In this document: one piece after another, positions 26,740 to 40,842 of the stretch
Numbering within the stretch: position 1 is the stretch's first letter
Layout of the letters: the number at the start of each line of letters is the position of its first letter
Assembly (NCBI GenBank): GCA_951406725.2
Contig: OX597826.1
Location: 45,508,001-45,572,000 of the forward strand
DNA length: 64,000 nucleotides
Origin: Octopus vulgaris
Lineage: Eukaryota
Direction: 5' to 3'
Position numbers and translations under genes: made by a program
Notes under the pieces: model-generated
What the model saw: only the letters and a program-made list of their open reading frames with translations
What the model was told of the DNA's origin: nothing
Database searches by the model: none

Positions 26740-27089
26740 CTATTCAGTGAAACCTGCAACATAATTATTTTCGTTGGCTTCTTAATGAATATTCAGATAT
26801 TTATTTGAGTTTACAATGGAATTTGTTTTTATTTTTCTTCACTGCGAAAGTTCAGCAACTTACTGTCACAGCCTTGTTTGTGCTTGGAAATACAAGGACT
26901 ACTTAATCCTTCTGCTACCGATAATTCTATTTGCTGTTCGAAGAATGTTTAATTTTTAACAACAGAGAAAATATTAAATATCTTTCATTCAACATTTTTT
27001 TCCCCCTTCTATCACAGTATAAAGAAGGAGAGACTCACAGTCGAGGACCTCGCTGCATCATAATGCTTCTTAATGTTCCATAAAGCATT
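26740..27089 (-). CDS. candidate micro-exons 27039-27089, 26864-26933 and terminal 26740-26753 of an unknown gene
   Basis: Canonical donors gtgagt and gtaagt; acceptors ttctttttattcag, ttcgaacag and gttgcag; phases join to NALWNIKKHYDAARSST|QIELSVAEGLSSPCISKHKQGCD|SFTE*. Confidence 0.35.
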
Positions 27090-28157
27090 CTGAATAAAAA
27101 GAATTTGAACTCATTCTAATTCAAATTGAATAAGATATTTTAGTTCAAAAGTTCATTACTGACTGTCATAGGTGATATGGCACAACTGAAATTCTTCTTT
27201 GTCTAATACGTTCTATAAAAATATTTTCTACATTCAACCATATACATATTTTATGAGAATATTTGGATTTTATACCAAGTATGCGGATGATTTCTTGGAA
27301 ACGTTTTACTCTATACAAAAGATAATATTAGCCTATTCTTAAAACTTCCTTTATTATCCAGTCTGTAATTGTAGCCATCTTGAAAGACTATTGAAACCTT
27401 AAAGATCTGCCTACTTTCTACTCAATATATTTATCGCATTCTATATTGCAGGCAAAGTATTTTAAGATTTTTCTATTACGTCTAATGGTTGCGCTATTTT
27501 AACATGACAAACATTTTGGCTATTAAAAATGCACACACCATTTTTATTACTGTAGTATTTCCAAGTTAAGCTAACAATTGACAATAATTTGACCGCATTC
27601 AATAGACCTGAAAATGGCTCCTTTCCCAAATTTGATAACACTGTGAATATATTGTAAAGCAAATATACACAAAATATAAAAACTATTGCATGGAACAGAG
27701 TATATAACGAAATGCCTCGCAGATGAAAACCAATGAAGTTAATCAACTGAAGATAAGCCAATAGTAGTTCCACTGCGGTTCTGTTAAATTGAAAAACGGT
27801 ACTGGAAATAGTTGATGCACGCCATTCATGATAGATTGAATCGGATAGATAATACAGAATATATTATAAAATAGTTAAATATCTGGGGCTTCTTTGAAAT
27901 CTCATGATTTCTGTGTAAATATCTTTACGCAGTTTCTTTAGGTGCACAGTTAGAATAGTGACATCTCCAAGATTTAACTTAGATGACCCTTCTTGTTAAT
28001 TTCTGCGATTTAAAGCAACGTTCGATACCACCGACTGGGGCGGTAGAATCTTTTATCTGGGTGCCAATGACGAAAGGGGTTGATGGGGAGATAGATGCAT
28101 CTGTACAACTTTTGCCTTCTATTTAAACATTAACTTTTAAAACTTATTGTTAATGCA

Positions 28158-28158
28158 A

Positions 28159-28225
<67 letters not shown>

Positions 28226-28334
28226 GTTGTTGTTGTTGTTGTTGTTGTTATTGTTATTGTTATTATTATCATTATTAATATTGTTATTATCATTATTATT
28301 ATTGTTGTTGTTGTTGTTGTTGTTATTGTTATTG

Positions 28335-28365
<31 letters not shown>

Positions 28366-28418
28366 CATTATTATTATTATCATTATTATTATTGCTGTTG
28401 TTGTTATTGTTATTGTTA

Positions 28419-28472
<54 letters not shown>
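28158..28472. repeat. (ATT/GTT/ATC)n compound microsatellite
   Basis: Direct reading. Confidence 0.95.
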
Positions 28473-28475
<3 letters not shown>

Positions 28476-28732
28476 GATTGCTACCCAAAATGATAACAAC
28501 AGCAATTGCAATAACAACGGCAACATTGGCAATGTCAATAGTAAGCGTGTTATTTATATATATTAAAGAATTATTATTTAAAAGCCTGTATCAAAATTTG
28601 CGGGTATTTCCATACGTGCAATAAAGATGGCTCCTGCACATATAACATTACGTAATGTTCTAACAAAGACGTGGAATATATTTGCGATGATCTTAAACAT
28701 AATCTGTGTCCCTCGTTATTTGACAATGTTCA

Positions 28733-29410
28733 TTTCTATTCTAGGCACAAGGCCCAAAATTTTGGGGAAGGGGGCCAGTCGATTAGATCAACCCCAGTAC
28801 GCAACTGCTGCTTAATTTATCGACCCCGAAAGGATGAAAGGCAAAGTCGACCTCGATGGAATTTGAACTCACAACGTAGTAAGGCAGCCGCCGAAATACC
28901 TATTTCTTTACTACCCACAAGGGGCTAAATACAGAGAGGACAAACAAGGACAGACAAAAGGATTAAGTCGATTATATCGACCCCAGTTCGTAACTGGTAC
29001 TTAATTTATCGACCCCGAAAGGATGAAAGGCAAAGTCGACCTCGACGCAATTTCAACTCAGAATGTAAAAACAGACGAAACACCGCTAAGCATTTCGCCC
29101 GGCATACTAACGTTTCTTATTTCTTTACTGCCCACAAGGGACTACCCACAGAGGGGACATACAAGAACAGACAAATGGATTAAGTCGATTATATCGACCC
29201 CAGTGCATAACTGATACTTATTTAATCGACCCCGAAAGAATGAAAGGCAAAGTCGACCTCGGACGAATTTGAACTCTGAGAGTAATATTTTCTACTCTAG
29301 GCACAGGGCCCGAAAATTTGGAGGAGAGTACCAGTCGATTAGATCGACCCCAGTACGCAACTGGTACTTATTTTATTGACCCCGAAAGGATGAAAGGCAA
29401 ATTCGACCTC
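28733..29410 (-). mobile_element. array of four SINE family A modules
   Basis: Four repeats of gaccccgaaagRatgaaaggcaaaRtYgacctc, at about 28820, 29010, 29230 and 29380. Confidence 0.9.
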
Positions 29411-29662
29411 TTCTTTCTCTTCTTTCTATTCGTTTTCCTCTTCTTATTTCTCTTCTCCTTCCTCTTTTTCTTTCCCTTCTTCCTTTCCTCTTATTTCCTC
29501 TCCTCCTCCTTTTCTTCTTCTTCTTCTTCTTCTCTTCTTCTTCTTCTTCTTCTTCTTCTTCTTCTTCTTCTTCTTCGTCTTCCTCTCCCTCTTCTTCTTC
29601 TTCTTCTTCTTCTTCTTCTTCTTCTTCTTCTTCTACTACTACTACTACTACTACTACTACTG

Positions 29663-29696
<34 letters not shown>

Positions 29697-29723
29697 AATG
29701 ACTACTACTACTACTACTAATGA

Positions 29724-29756
<33 letters not shown>

Positions 29757-29790
29757 ATCTTCTTTTTCTTCATCTTCTGCTGCTGCTGCT
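29410..29790. repeat. pyrimidine-rich (CTT)n-(ACT)n tract
   Basis: Direct reading. Confidence 0.95.
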
Positions 29791-29990
29791 ATCAAACTTC
29801 AGAACCAAATATGTCTTTGCACCCATAAGCACAATTTTTCAGATCTGCTACTACCTCCCTTAAGAACATACACAAAGGAAAAGAAATTATTTCGAAAATA
29901 ATTCTTTCTTATTGAACATATTAATTTATATATAGAGGGCATTATTATACATACATGCCTCACGCTTAAGGGACATCAGTCATTTCTACC

Positions 29991-30123
29991 AAAATTTTTA
30001 CTAAACATACCCAATGCAATTCTTCAAAGCAAGACATTTAAAAAATGAATTTTAAAAAATGAATTCATTTTTTAAATGTCTTGCTTTGAAGAATTGCATT
30101 CGTGTATGATTAGTAAAATTTTT
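29991..30123. repeat. ~60-bp-arm inverted repeat (hairpin)
   Basis: aatgcaattcttcaaagcaagacatttaaaaaatgaat ... attcattttttaaatgtcttgctttgaagaattgcatt. Confidence 0.9.
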
Positions 30124-30187
30124 ACACACACAACACACACACACACACACACACATGCACACACACATATGTATGTATATATGTATG

Positions 30188-30244
<57 letters not shown>

Positions 30245-30245
<1 letters not shown>

Positions 30246-30815
30246 CGCGTGCTTCCTAACCACATGGTTTTGAGTTCAGTCCCACAGCGTAGCATCTTCG
30301 GCAAGTACCTTCTACTATAGCCTCGGGCCCATCGAAGACATATATACATACATATATACATACATATATACATACATTTTTGTGTGTGTGTATGTATGTA
30401 TGTATGTATGTATGTATGTATGCATGTATGTATTTATGTGTGTGTGTCTTTGTGTCTGTGTTTGTCTCCTCCACCATCGCTTGACAACCGATTTGGTGTG
30501 TTTACGCCCCCGTATTTTAGCGGTTCCGTAAAAGAAACCGATAGAATAAGTTCTGGGGTTGATTTTTTCGACTGAAAAAAAAAATCTTTAAGGTGGTGCT
30601 CCAGCATGGCCGCAGTCAAATGACTGATATGAATAAAAGAATAGAAGAATATATGACATTCTTCCACGCAGTTTCCGACTGTCAAATCCATTCATAAAAC
30701 CTTGGTTGGCCAAGGGCTATAGGAAAGACACTTGTCCATTGTACAACGCAATGGAACAGAATCTAAAACCACGAGGCTGCAACGGGAAATTCTTAACCAC
30801 ACCGCTGTACCTTGC
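30245..30815. mobile_element. SINE family B (+, 30245-30650) abutting a degraded minus-strand 5' half (30655-30815)
   Basis: Family B motifs in both orientations. Confidence 0.75.
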
Positions 30816-31170
30816 ACAGAACTATTCTGCAGATGTCAGGGATCCAATTTTATCGCATATTTGCAGTGTTGTCAAATTCGTAAGCGAGTCTGTAATATTC
30901 TGTTATCAAATGCGACATCTGTTGCATTATCTGCTCACTCCCAATTATTAAAACTAATCAATCTGTTGGCTATGATTGATATAAAATTCCAATTTTATTA
31001 ATGATACAAATCTCATTCTGTATTATTAGCTTATTTTGTTCGAACGTCTCTTAGAGTAATATGCAACGAAAACTTATTCCTTTAGAAAGCATTTGAAAAT
31101 TCCAAAATTAACAGCATCCATTGGCACGTTTCTTATCAAGCGTAGAAAGGTATGAGACAGAAATATATCC

Positions 31171-31588
<418 letters not shown>

Positions 31589-32339
31589 CTGGAAAATATT
31601 TTTGTTTATCTTTCATCTGTTCTACTTTTCTCTCTCCTTCATCTCATCCTTCGCTCTTCCTCCCGCACTTTCTCTACATCTACCTATCCATATCTTTTCT
31701 AATTTGGGTGGCGGGGCGGATATCCAGTTCTGTCGGATCCTCGCTATGAAAATAGAGATTCTTTTTCTCTGGATAGACTGGGATAGTTCTCAACTACTTA
31801 CACTTGACAGGCATAAAGTCTGGTATTTTTAGAAATGGAATGCGAGATTACATGTTCAGTCTCTTCTCATTATTATTAGTGATGCAAATGAAGTAAAATT
31901 GCTTTAGTTAGAAATCGAAACCGAGATGCGAAATTATTTAACAAGGTGTTAATAGATAAAAGCTCGCTTAGTAATAGAAACTTTTGGTTAATGTCTATGT
32001 TGCAAGATATAAGTATAGCAGTATACGTAATACAACTGATTAAAGTCTTGGGCGATATGTTTTCGGGCAACATATCTATTTATACTTGGAGATGTAAGCT
32101 GTTAGAGCACTCTAATGATGACGGAATGGAAACCTTCCAGTCTAAAGGCAAGCTTAGTATCGACTCAGACTTTTATGAATTTCATTATGTGTGTGTGTAT
32201 GTGTGTGTGCGTGCGTGTGTGTGTATGTGTGTGTGTGTGTCTGTGCGTGTGTAGAAACGGTGATGATAGGCTTGGGAATCCGTTAAGCAATTTTGATTTT
32301 CATTTGTATCCATTCCGCTATTTTTAAGCCAATAACGTT

Positions 32340-33550
32340 CTGAAGAAAGGCATGGTGATTACAACTTCCATTTTATTTTGTCCGATGTCAATAAGGCTTA
32401 CGACTCTTCGATTGACACAACCATTCACTCGTCCATCCATTTTCTCCGCTCACAATTTTTGTGAGGACTGGGTGTAGTCCTGGGACACCTCCTCCATATC
32501 GTCTCATAACAACAATTACACTTTTCCACTGGATACCCAAGCGAGGCTAACTGAAATTATCGATATTATCTAGATATGTAAGGCGGCGAGCTGGCAGAAA
32601 CGTTAGGACGTCGGGCGAAAGGCTTAGCGGTATTTCGTCTGCCGCTACGTTCTGAGTTCAAATTCCGCCGAGGTCAACTGTGCCTTTCATCCTTTCGGGG
32701 TCGATTAACTAAGTACCAGTTACGCACTGGGGTCGATATAATCGACTTAATCCGTTTGTCTGTCCTTGTTTGTCCTCTCTGTGTTTAGCCCCTTGTGAGT
32801 AGTAAAGAAATAAGTATTTCGTATACCGTTACGTTCACAGTTCAAATTCCGCCGAAGTTGACTTTGCCTTTCATCCTTCCGGAACCGATAGATTAAGTAT
32901 CAGTTACGCACAGGGGTCGATCTAATCGACTGGTCCCCTCTCCCAATATTTCTGGCTTGTGTCTAGAGTAGAAAAGGATGTTATCTAGCCATGTAATGGG
33001 GCCAGCTGGCAGAATCATTAGCATGCCGGGCAAAATGCTTAAAGGCATTTCATCTGTCTCTACGTTCAGAGTTCAAATTCTACCGAAGTCGACTTTGCCT
33101 TTCATCGTTTCGGTGTAGATAGAAGAGGTACCAGTTGAACACTGAAGAAGATGTAATCGACTTACTCTCCCAAACCTGCTGGCTTTGTGCTAAAATTTGA
33201 AACCGATATTATCTAACCCTCTTGTTCGTGATCTACCCCTAGGTCTCCTGCCGGTTGCTTCGGCTTGAAGAATCCGTCTTGCGATTCTTTCATACGACTT
33301 TCAAATTACAGGTCTGCAGTAGCAGAGCTTTGGCTTTTCAATGCAAAGTAGCAGCTGGAAAGTAGCTCCATCTGGAAAGTTTCCCTGAGCTCCGAACTAC
33401 ACACTCCGTCGATTAATATTCCTCCAGATACTCAAACGTGTTTTCTTCAATTCGATTTTGGTCCCTATCCCAATCTATGGTCATAAATGTTGGATAATGA
33501 CCGAAAGAGTACGATCGCGAATACAAGTGACCAAAATTGATAGAAACAGC
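32340..33550 (-). pseudogene. RTE-clade LINE 3' fragment split by SINE insertions
   Basis: ERIARRILQAEATGRRPRGRSRTRGLDNI at about 33205-33295 continues as LDNIDNFS*PRLGI below 32572. Confidence 0.65.
32580..33205 (+). mobile_element. two tandem SINE family A copies (32580-32978 dimeric; 32996-33205 monomeric)
   Basis: Outer TSD cgatattatcta at 32561-32572 and 33204-33215; inner imperfect TSD ttatctagNNatgtaa. Confidence 0.9.
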
Positions 33551-35204
33551 CAGTTATAGAACGGACAACAGAAGAAAATCTTAGGATAATTTCCGTTTAT
33601 TTCTTTGTTAAAATCACATTATTTCTGTCACATTATTTTGAAAAGTTTATGAAAATCTCTGTAATATCTTGCCTGAAATTATAGGGAAGTTGATTTTAGA
33701 ATAAATCAATATTGTTATATCATATTTTACAGCCTTTATTTAACTGAAACAAAATATATCTCTGAATATGTTCCACCCATCATCACCACCAACCCCGTCG
33801 CTTCCTTAATCTATCTTTTGTGTCTACATGTCCATGCAAGCAGCCATTTATAGTTTCATACACCCGCTTCTCTTTTTTAATCACTTAGTTTAGAATCATT
33901 AATCCAAGCTAGTCTATTATTTGGCGTTATTTTCCCATTAGTTTAATCTTGACGAATAGGAAAACTTCGATTCTTCTCTCGATTTTAAATAGAACAGGCT
34001 ATCAATAAGTGACGGAAAAGATTCAATTAAATTCCGATTTATAAACCGCACCTTCCCACTCTGTTGTTGAATTCAAGCTGTGATTAATGCAAAACAAGTC
34101 AGAATTGCATCAAAGCTACAGTTGATCTCTTTCAGCACACCTTCTATAGTTAATTGGCAGAAACATTGAAGGGACGAGGTAAAGACTGGGAGAATACAAG
34201 CATTAAGTAAAGGTGAATAATAACAACCAGACCAAATTGAAAAAGACACAATTCATGGAATCAATTTCGTGTTTTCTTAAGGAATGTGTGACAAAGCATT
34301 GAAAAACAAATTTCAACCTCATTCTATACAACCATCTTAGATTCTATGTGGTGCATGTATTTATTGTATTAAATTTCTAAATAGATGATAAACTATTTGT
34401 TTGCTATTGTTATGAAATGAAACTGTAAGCAAGTTACTTACTGTAATTCTGAGATTACGTGAATGTAATTCGTACCGGTTACACTTATACAATGTTAAGA
34501 TATTCTGTACGGGTTTTTCATTTTCCTAACTTTAGTATTGTACAGAAAAATATTCAGCTTGAAACTATGACGGCCAAATGTGTCTGTAATTGGATTGAGA
34601 TTCTACTAAACAGAAAATAAAATTGCCGGATTGTCAGAGGGAAAAAGGTTTACTTGCTCTCTAAAGCTTTTAAACCATTATATAAAATGAACAAGAAAAT
34701 GCCTGTACCTTTTTTATGGATGTGAACATTTTTATGTGCATCTAAAAGAAAACACATGCATCATAGATAAATGTGTAAGCACAAGAAAACATACACAAGA
34801 AAGCATCCATCGTAATATGCATGTTTATATAATAAGGGTATTGGTTGTTTAAAAAACAACTGCGCAGAGTGGTGTATGGCCAGAAGCAAACTAAGAGAAA
34901 AGTGAATGCATTTCTATTCCCAGTTTCAACATTTTCTTTCATTTGCTTCTGTTATACATGATGAGAAAGCATGAACATTATAACTTAATGTTATCCAATC
35001 TTTGAAAAATCTTACTTCACAAATGTTTGAAACGCATTAAGGATTATGTGACTGTATGCAGAAGATATATTGAAGGTATTAGGTGAAAGTATTTAAGTGA
35101 AAGTATTGTTTCTGATATTTTTGTTTTACTTAATTACAGAAGGAACGACAGAACCCATAACACTTTTTAGGGAACTCCAAAAATGCTAGGAAGAATGGTG
35201 GTAA

Positions 35205-35240
<36 letters not shown>

Positions 35241-36867
35241 CAGCAGCTGCTGCTGCACCAAATTTTGCCTTGAATACTTAAAATTGATCGGTTTTCCTAC
35301 CTCATAATGGTGGGTCGGTCAATTATGTGTGCTTCAATTTAGAATAAGGGATCCGTATAAATTTAAAGCTTTCTTGAGAATACATTCAGTATTGTAGCTG
35401 CATGAAGCTAGTCACGCAAAAATTTATACTACTCACATTTCATGTAGACTTAGAAAAAAATGCATATTGAAAAACACCAGTCAATATGTACTTACTTGAT
35501 GACCATCTTAAAAGTATTTCCTGTTGTGTCTATCATAGAACGTGTGTGTGCGAGCGTGCGTGTGTGTGTAATGTATGTGTGTGTGTGTGTGTGTATGTGT
35601 GTGTGTGTATGTGTGTGTGTGCATCAAAGCGATATGAAGTACGACACGTCACGATAGGCGAGATTGCGGAATGCAAGCCGACTTATAGAAGATACAGAAA
35701 AGAAGTATCATATTCAATGCTTTATAGAACATACACGCGTTGCACCGAATTACCGACATAATTACATAAAGGCTGTAGTAACATTACATAATCTTGCACC
35801 GCACCTCATCCGTGTTCCATAATAAATACGACAGATGTTCAAGGTTCATATTTATATTTAGGTTTCTGTCAACTGTATTCGATTTGTAAAATAGTAGTCG
35901 AGATTACGTTGGAAGATATTTCCCCCTAAGCATGTGTCCTCTGCCAGTTGGATCGAATCGAGACCAATTGGTTAAAAAGAAAACATCTTAACCACATACC
36001 ACTGAAGTCTTATCGTCGCTTTCTTAGAAAACTTTAGCGATCAATTGCTATCCTAGATTGTTATCAGTTACAACATAAATAATATTCTCTGATGAAATGA
36101 AGATTAAATAAAAATTGCCTTTTACCAGTTATGTATGTGTAAATACATACATACATACATATATATTAATTGTCATGTGAGTGTGTGTGTACGTGAATAT
36201 ATATATAAATATATGGAAACGTATTTGTGTCTTGGTTATTTGAACATGACGTGTGCGTATGTATGTGTGTACGTATGTAGTTCTGTGAATGTGTGTAGAG
36301 AAATATTTATGTATTCCTAAAGGCATAAACACACGACTCCATGATGTCTTTAGCTTTGCTGTTTTTCTATTTTCTTAGAAATACATATATTCTTTAAAAT
36401 ATATGTATTTTGTGGATGTGGATTTATATATGCCTGTCTGTTTATCTGTCTGTTTCTCTCTTTCTCTCCTATATATATATATATATATATATACGCGTAT
36501 ATATGTCTGTGTGTGTATAGATAGATATGTAGATAGATAATATAACATACATATATGTATTATGTAATATATTAGGGAGAGAGGGAGAAAGAGATAGTAG
36601 GTATAAGAAATACTAATTTTGTTTTATTAAGTGATATTTTTGAAATATTATGTAATAGGATAATTATTTCTCTGTTATACGAGCAAATTTATTTCAATAT
36701 AAAGTGCATAACGTTCATGCCTTTCCCAGAGAGGTTAGCCGCAGACTCGATCGGAAATGTAAACTGGACGCATCACCTGAAGATCCCAAATGAAGCATCT
36801 GTCTTGTTTTGTGGTACTCACAACTCTCATACGTGTACGTGAGCGCGTGCGAGCGTGTGTGTGTATT

Positions 36868-37060
36868 AAAGGGTAAGTAAAACAAAACTAAAGCTGAACG
36901 AGTAACTCAAGTCATTTAGAATATCTAAATGGAGTAAGCCTACCATGGATCCCTAGCTCCAGCCCCAGTCCCAACTGTGAACTTGGAACCTAACGGATGA
37001 CCGATTATAGCACTGACAAAGGGTACATATTGGTGTAGATCATTAACGAACTAAAACCCT
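36868..37060. mobile_element. relative of the Penelope-like relic at 5890-6250
   Basis: 36947-37060 matches 6134-6249 in direct orientation; 36868-36925 matches 6034-6088 inverted. Confidence 0.65.
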
Positions 37061-37069
37061 CATATTCTT

Positions 37070-37263
37070 TGGGTTCAGTCCCACTACGTGGCACCTTGGG
37101 CAAGTGTCTTCTACTAAAACCTCGGGCGGACCAAAGCCAAAGGATTTGGTAGACGGAAATTAAAACACATATATATATATATATATATATATACACAAAC
37201 ACACACACATACACACATACATACATACATATATATATGTATATATGTATATGTATATGTATG

Positions 37264-37311
<48 letters not shown>

Positions 37312-37578
37312 TATATGTACATATATATATATATGTATATATGTATGTATGTGTGTTTGTGTGTGTGTATTTGCTTGTATGTTTGTGCTTGTCTCACCAA
37401 CATCGCTTGACAAACGACGCTGGTGTGTTTACGTCCCCGTAACATAGCGGTTCGGCTAAAGAGAACTGATAGAATAAGTACTAGGCTTACAAAAAATAAG
37501 TCCTGGGGTCGATTTGCTCGACTAAACGCGGTGCTGTAGCATGGCCTCAGTCAAATGACTAAAACAAGTAAAAGAATA
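37070..37578 (+). mobile_element. SINE family B with expanded internal microsatellite
   Basis: gggttcagtcccactacgtggcaccttgggcaagtgtc...gcatggcctcagtcaaatgactaaaacaagtaaaag. Confidence 0.88.
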
Positions 37579-38386
37579 TATGTGTATATATATATATATA
37601 TATATACTCACATATACACACACACGCACAAACACATTACCAGTACCAATATGCACAGAACGTACACGCACACACATACACACACACCACCACCAGGACA
37701 ATGATAACAACACATACATACTCAGATAGACACACAAACACAAACACACTCACGTACACACATATAGAGACGTGCACAGAAAGACACACACACTCACACC
37801 TTTCTGATCTCTAAGACCAGTCCCCAAAACCACTGAACCATGATAGACTAGGCCAAAAACAAAAAAAAAATTCCTAATTCCACATTGCTCTTCCTTCGCC
37901 CCAAACCAACCTCCTACACTGTCCCTTAAATTAGCAAACATTCCTTAGCTAAACATAAAACAAAATGCCAGAAAGACAGGCCAGTTGTTCCTTACGATTT
38001 TTTGTAAATTCTTAAATATATCTCCTTCTGTGTATATATATACTACCAAACAAACACGATTGTTATTGAACTCACAATGTTTTTGGGAGTCACGTTCTGA
38101 TTACTTTCTTAAATACTTTCTTGTAAACTGTTTTCAAAATTTTATTATTATTATTATCAAAGGATGTATATATGTATTTTAATACTTTTGTGATAACCAG
38201 TACTGAACACAACTAAGTTCATACAAAGCTTTACATTTTCCTTTTGACTATCTTTTTCTAAAACAGTGAAACCGGTCAAGTGAATAAACATCTTTAAAAT
38301 TGCATTTTCAAACCTTCTTTCATATATATATATATATATATGCATTTACATATGTGTGTATATATATATATATATGCATTTACATA

Positions 38387-38455
<69 letters not shown>

Positions 38456-39029
38456 GCATATGTACTTTGTAGATCGCGGCACGTAACAAATTTCGGGCCC
38501 CACTTTCTACTTCTACACACAGTGTGTTATGATGCGGGACATCAAACAACGGGATGTGATAATGTGCGGAATAGGCGCTACGTAAGAGCATTGATGAAAT
38601 TCAGCAAGCATATATCACATTTGACATGTACCATAAGTTTTCTGCATTTTATTAACACAATATGTGTGTGTGTGCGAGCGGGCGTGTCATTGAATGTATG
38701 TAGGAATGTGTGTATCTGTACGTATATATGTGTGTGTATATATATATGCTGAAAGATATTTTCTATTTCCCTTCATCTCTTAACATTGCATAACAAAGAA
38801 GTCGGTTGTAATAAAGTAAATAAGTTATCCTGGTGGTACATTCGCCCCTAAAATAGTGTAATAGCATGTGTTACCTTTCTAAAATGTGAGAAGTTATGTC
38901 GACTAAAATCAAAGTGGTAATTAGATCCTACTTGCAAAAACCTATGTACTCAGAACTTTCCCTCCTCTTCTTAGCATACTCTGCTCTGCTACGCCAAATA
39001 TATTCTTAATAATAGTATTTCTTAATAGC

Positions 39030-39230
39030 AGTCGATGTGAGCTGGCAGAACTGTCAGCGTGTCTCCACCCACACAAAAAATTGCGAAGTGGGTATTTTTA
39101 TTTTTTTTATTTTTCGGCTCTTAAAATTCTGTTTTTCATCCCTTCGGGGTAGATGAAATAAAGCCACTGTCAAGTATTCAGATCGATTCAAGCGATTTGT
39201 CCTATCAACCTCAAAATTGCTGGCCTCGAA
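39030..39230 (+). mobile_element. SINE family A, degraded
   Basis: gagctggcagaactgtcagc...tttcatcccttcggggtagat. Confidence 0.55.
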
Positions 39231-39342
39231 CAATGCAATGGTTCGGTGACATTTCCAAGAGACATGTTGTCATCTCGGTCACTTAGAAAACATGAAAACA
39301 GGATACACGGCGTTATGATTCTTAGAGTAAAGAACAAATAGT

Positions 39343-39822
39343 TGGCGTGGTTATGTGGTAAGAAGTTTGCTCTCCAGCCACATGGTTTCTGGTTCAGTCT
39401 CACTGCGTGGCACCTTGGGCGAGTGTCTTCTACTAGAGCTCCGTGTCGACCAAAGCCTTGTGGGTGGATTTGGTAAACGGAAACAGAAAGAAGCCCATCG
39501 TGTATATATATAAATATATGTGTGTGTGTGTGTGTATGTATATATGTGTGTGTGTGTATGTATGTATGTATGTATGTATGTACGTATGTATGTATGTATG
39601 TATGTATGTATGTATGTATGTATGTATGAGTTTACTTGTGTGTGTGTTTGTCCCTAGCTATCGCTTGACAACCGATACCGGTGTGTTTATGTGCCTGTAA
39701 AATAGCGGTTCGGTAAAAGTGATCGATAGAGTAAGTATTAGGCTTACAAAGAATAAGTCCTGGGCGCGATTTCTTCGACTACAGCTCTTTAAGGTCGTGC
39801 TCCAGCAATCGCCGCAGTCAAA
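39343..39822 (+). mobile_element. SINE family B, full length
   Basis: Family B head, CORE-like motif, internal (TATG)n and 3' half. Confidence 0.88.
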
Positions 39823-40248
39823 TATAAATGTCACTGACGTTACATACTTAATGCATGTGTTTTGTTTAACCGCTTATAGGCCGCAGTATTTCATCAAGGG
39901 AAAGTCCTTTTAAGACGTAGAGTGTTTAAAAAGAAAAAAAACAACAGAAAAACTCTGTATATCTCAAAACCAGGCGAAACGAATCTTCCAGGTGATGAAC
40001 GACAACGACAGATATCAATACTTCGCTTTTATTTCAGCTCATCGGTGTCTTATAATCAAGCCAGCTTCGAAACGAATTCAAATCTCTGGTCTGATATATA
40101 TTCAAATGGCGTAAAATTTATCTGCTGATGTGCAGCGGCAACGCACATCTTGCATATTAATTTCACGATTGTATGCGTTTTGTTTAAACTGTTTAAGGCT
40201 TCGGCATTTCGTCCAAGGAAGCTCCCTTTAAGACATAGAGTGTTAAAA

Positions 40249-40281
<33 letters not shown>

Positions 40282-40283
<2 letters not shown>

Positions 40284-40453
40284 TGCTAGATCGGTAACCA
40301 CTACACACATTTTTTTCTCTCCTTGTTTCTTTCTGTGTTCCTTTCTGTGGAAGAGCGTAAGAAAGACTTTTTCAATTCCCGAGTGCGTTATACTAATACA
40401 TCTGTTTGTTTTCTACACCACCTGTCTTCGTCTTGTGTTTTCGTGAATTTCCC

Positions 40454-40455
<2 letters not shown>
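40282..40455 (+). mobile_element. second copy of the 8186-8375 element, with GAAA/stem III deleted
   Basis: ctttctgtggaagagcgtaag-aaagact lacks ctcgaaacgtt; (TA)n on both sides. Confidence 0.7.
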
Positions 40456-40522
<67 letters not shown>

Positions 40523-40728
40523 AACGTTGATTCTGACTTGACAAGGCTACCAATTGATTCATGTGAAGATATTCTATAGACTTGTTCAAAAGTACGACAT
40601 AGCATAGAAACATTGCCACATCTTCATTTCTCATCCAAAAGAATATTTGTCCACCAATCCGGTGTTGAGCACTCGTTCTTACTGATCTCTATCTGTCTGT
40701 CTCTCTCTCCCTTCTCTCTCCCTCTCTA

Positions 40729-40761
<33 letters not shown>

Positions 40762-40842
40762 TATATATATATACATATACATATATATATATACACACAC
40801 ACACACACAGAGTGAGAGGAATTTTTTGCAAGTTTCAGGTAC

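Noticed and set aside
27018-27063. Plus-strand terminal exon candidate IKKERLTVEDLAAS* with a strong acceptor and downstream AATAAA
   Set aside because: It overlaps the minus-strand candidate, and the only phase-compatible upstream exon needs a weak GC donor. It cannot be excluded without RNA data.
28733-29410. Regularly spaced repeats superficially like a CRISPR array
   Set aside because: The units are SINE A modules with homologous rather than unique spacers; the context is eukaryotic and no cas genes are present.
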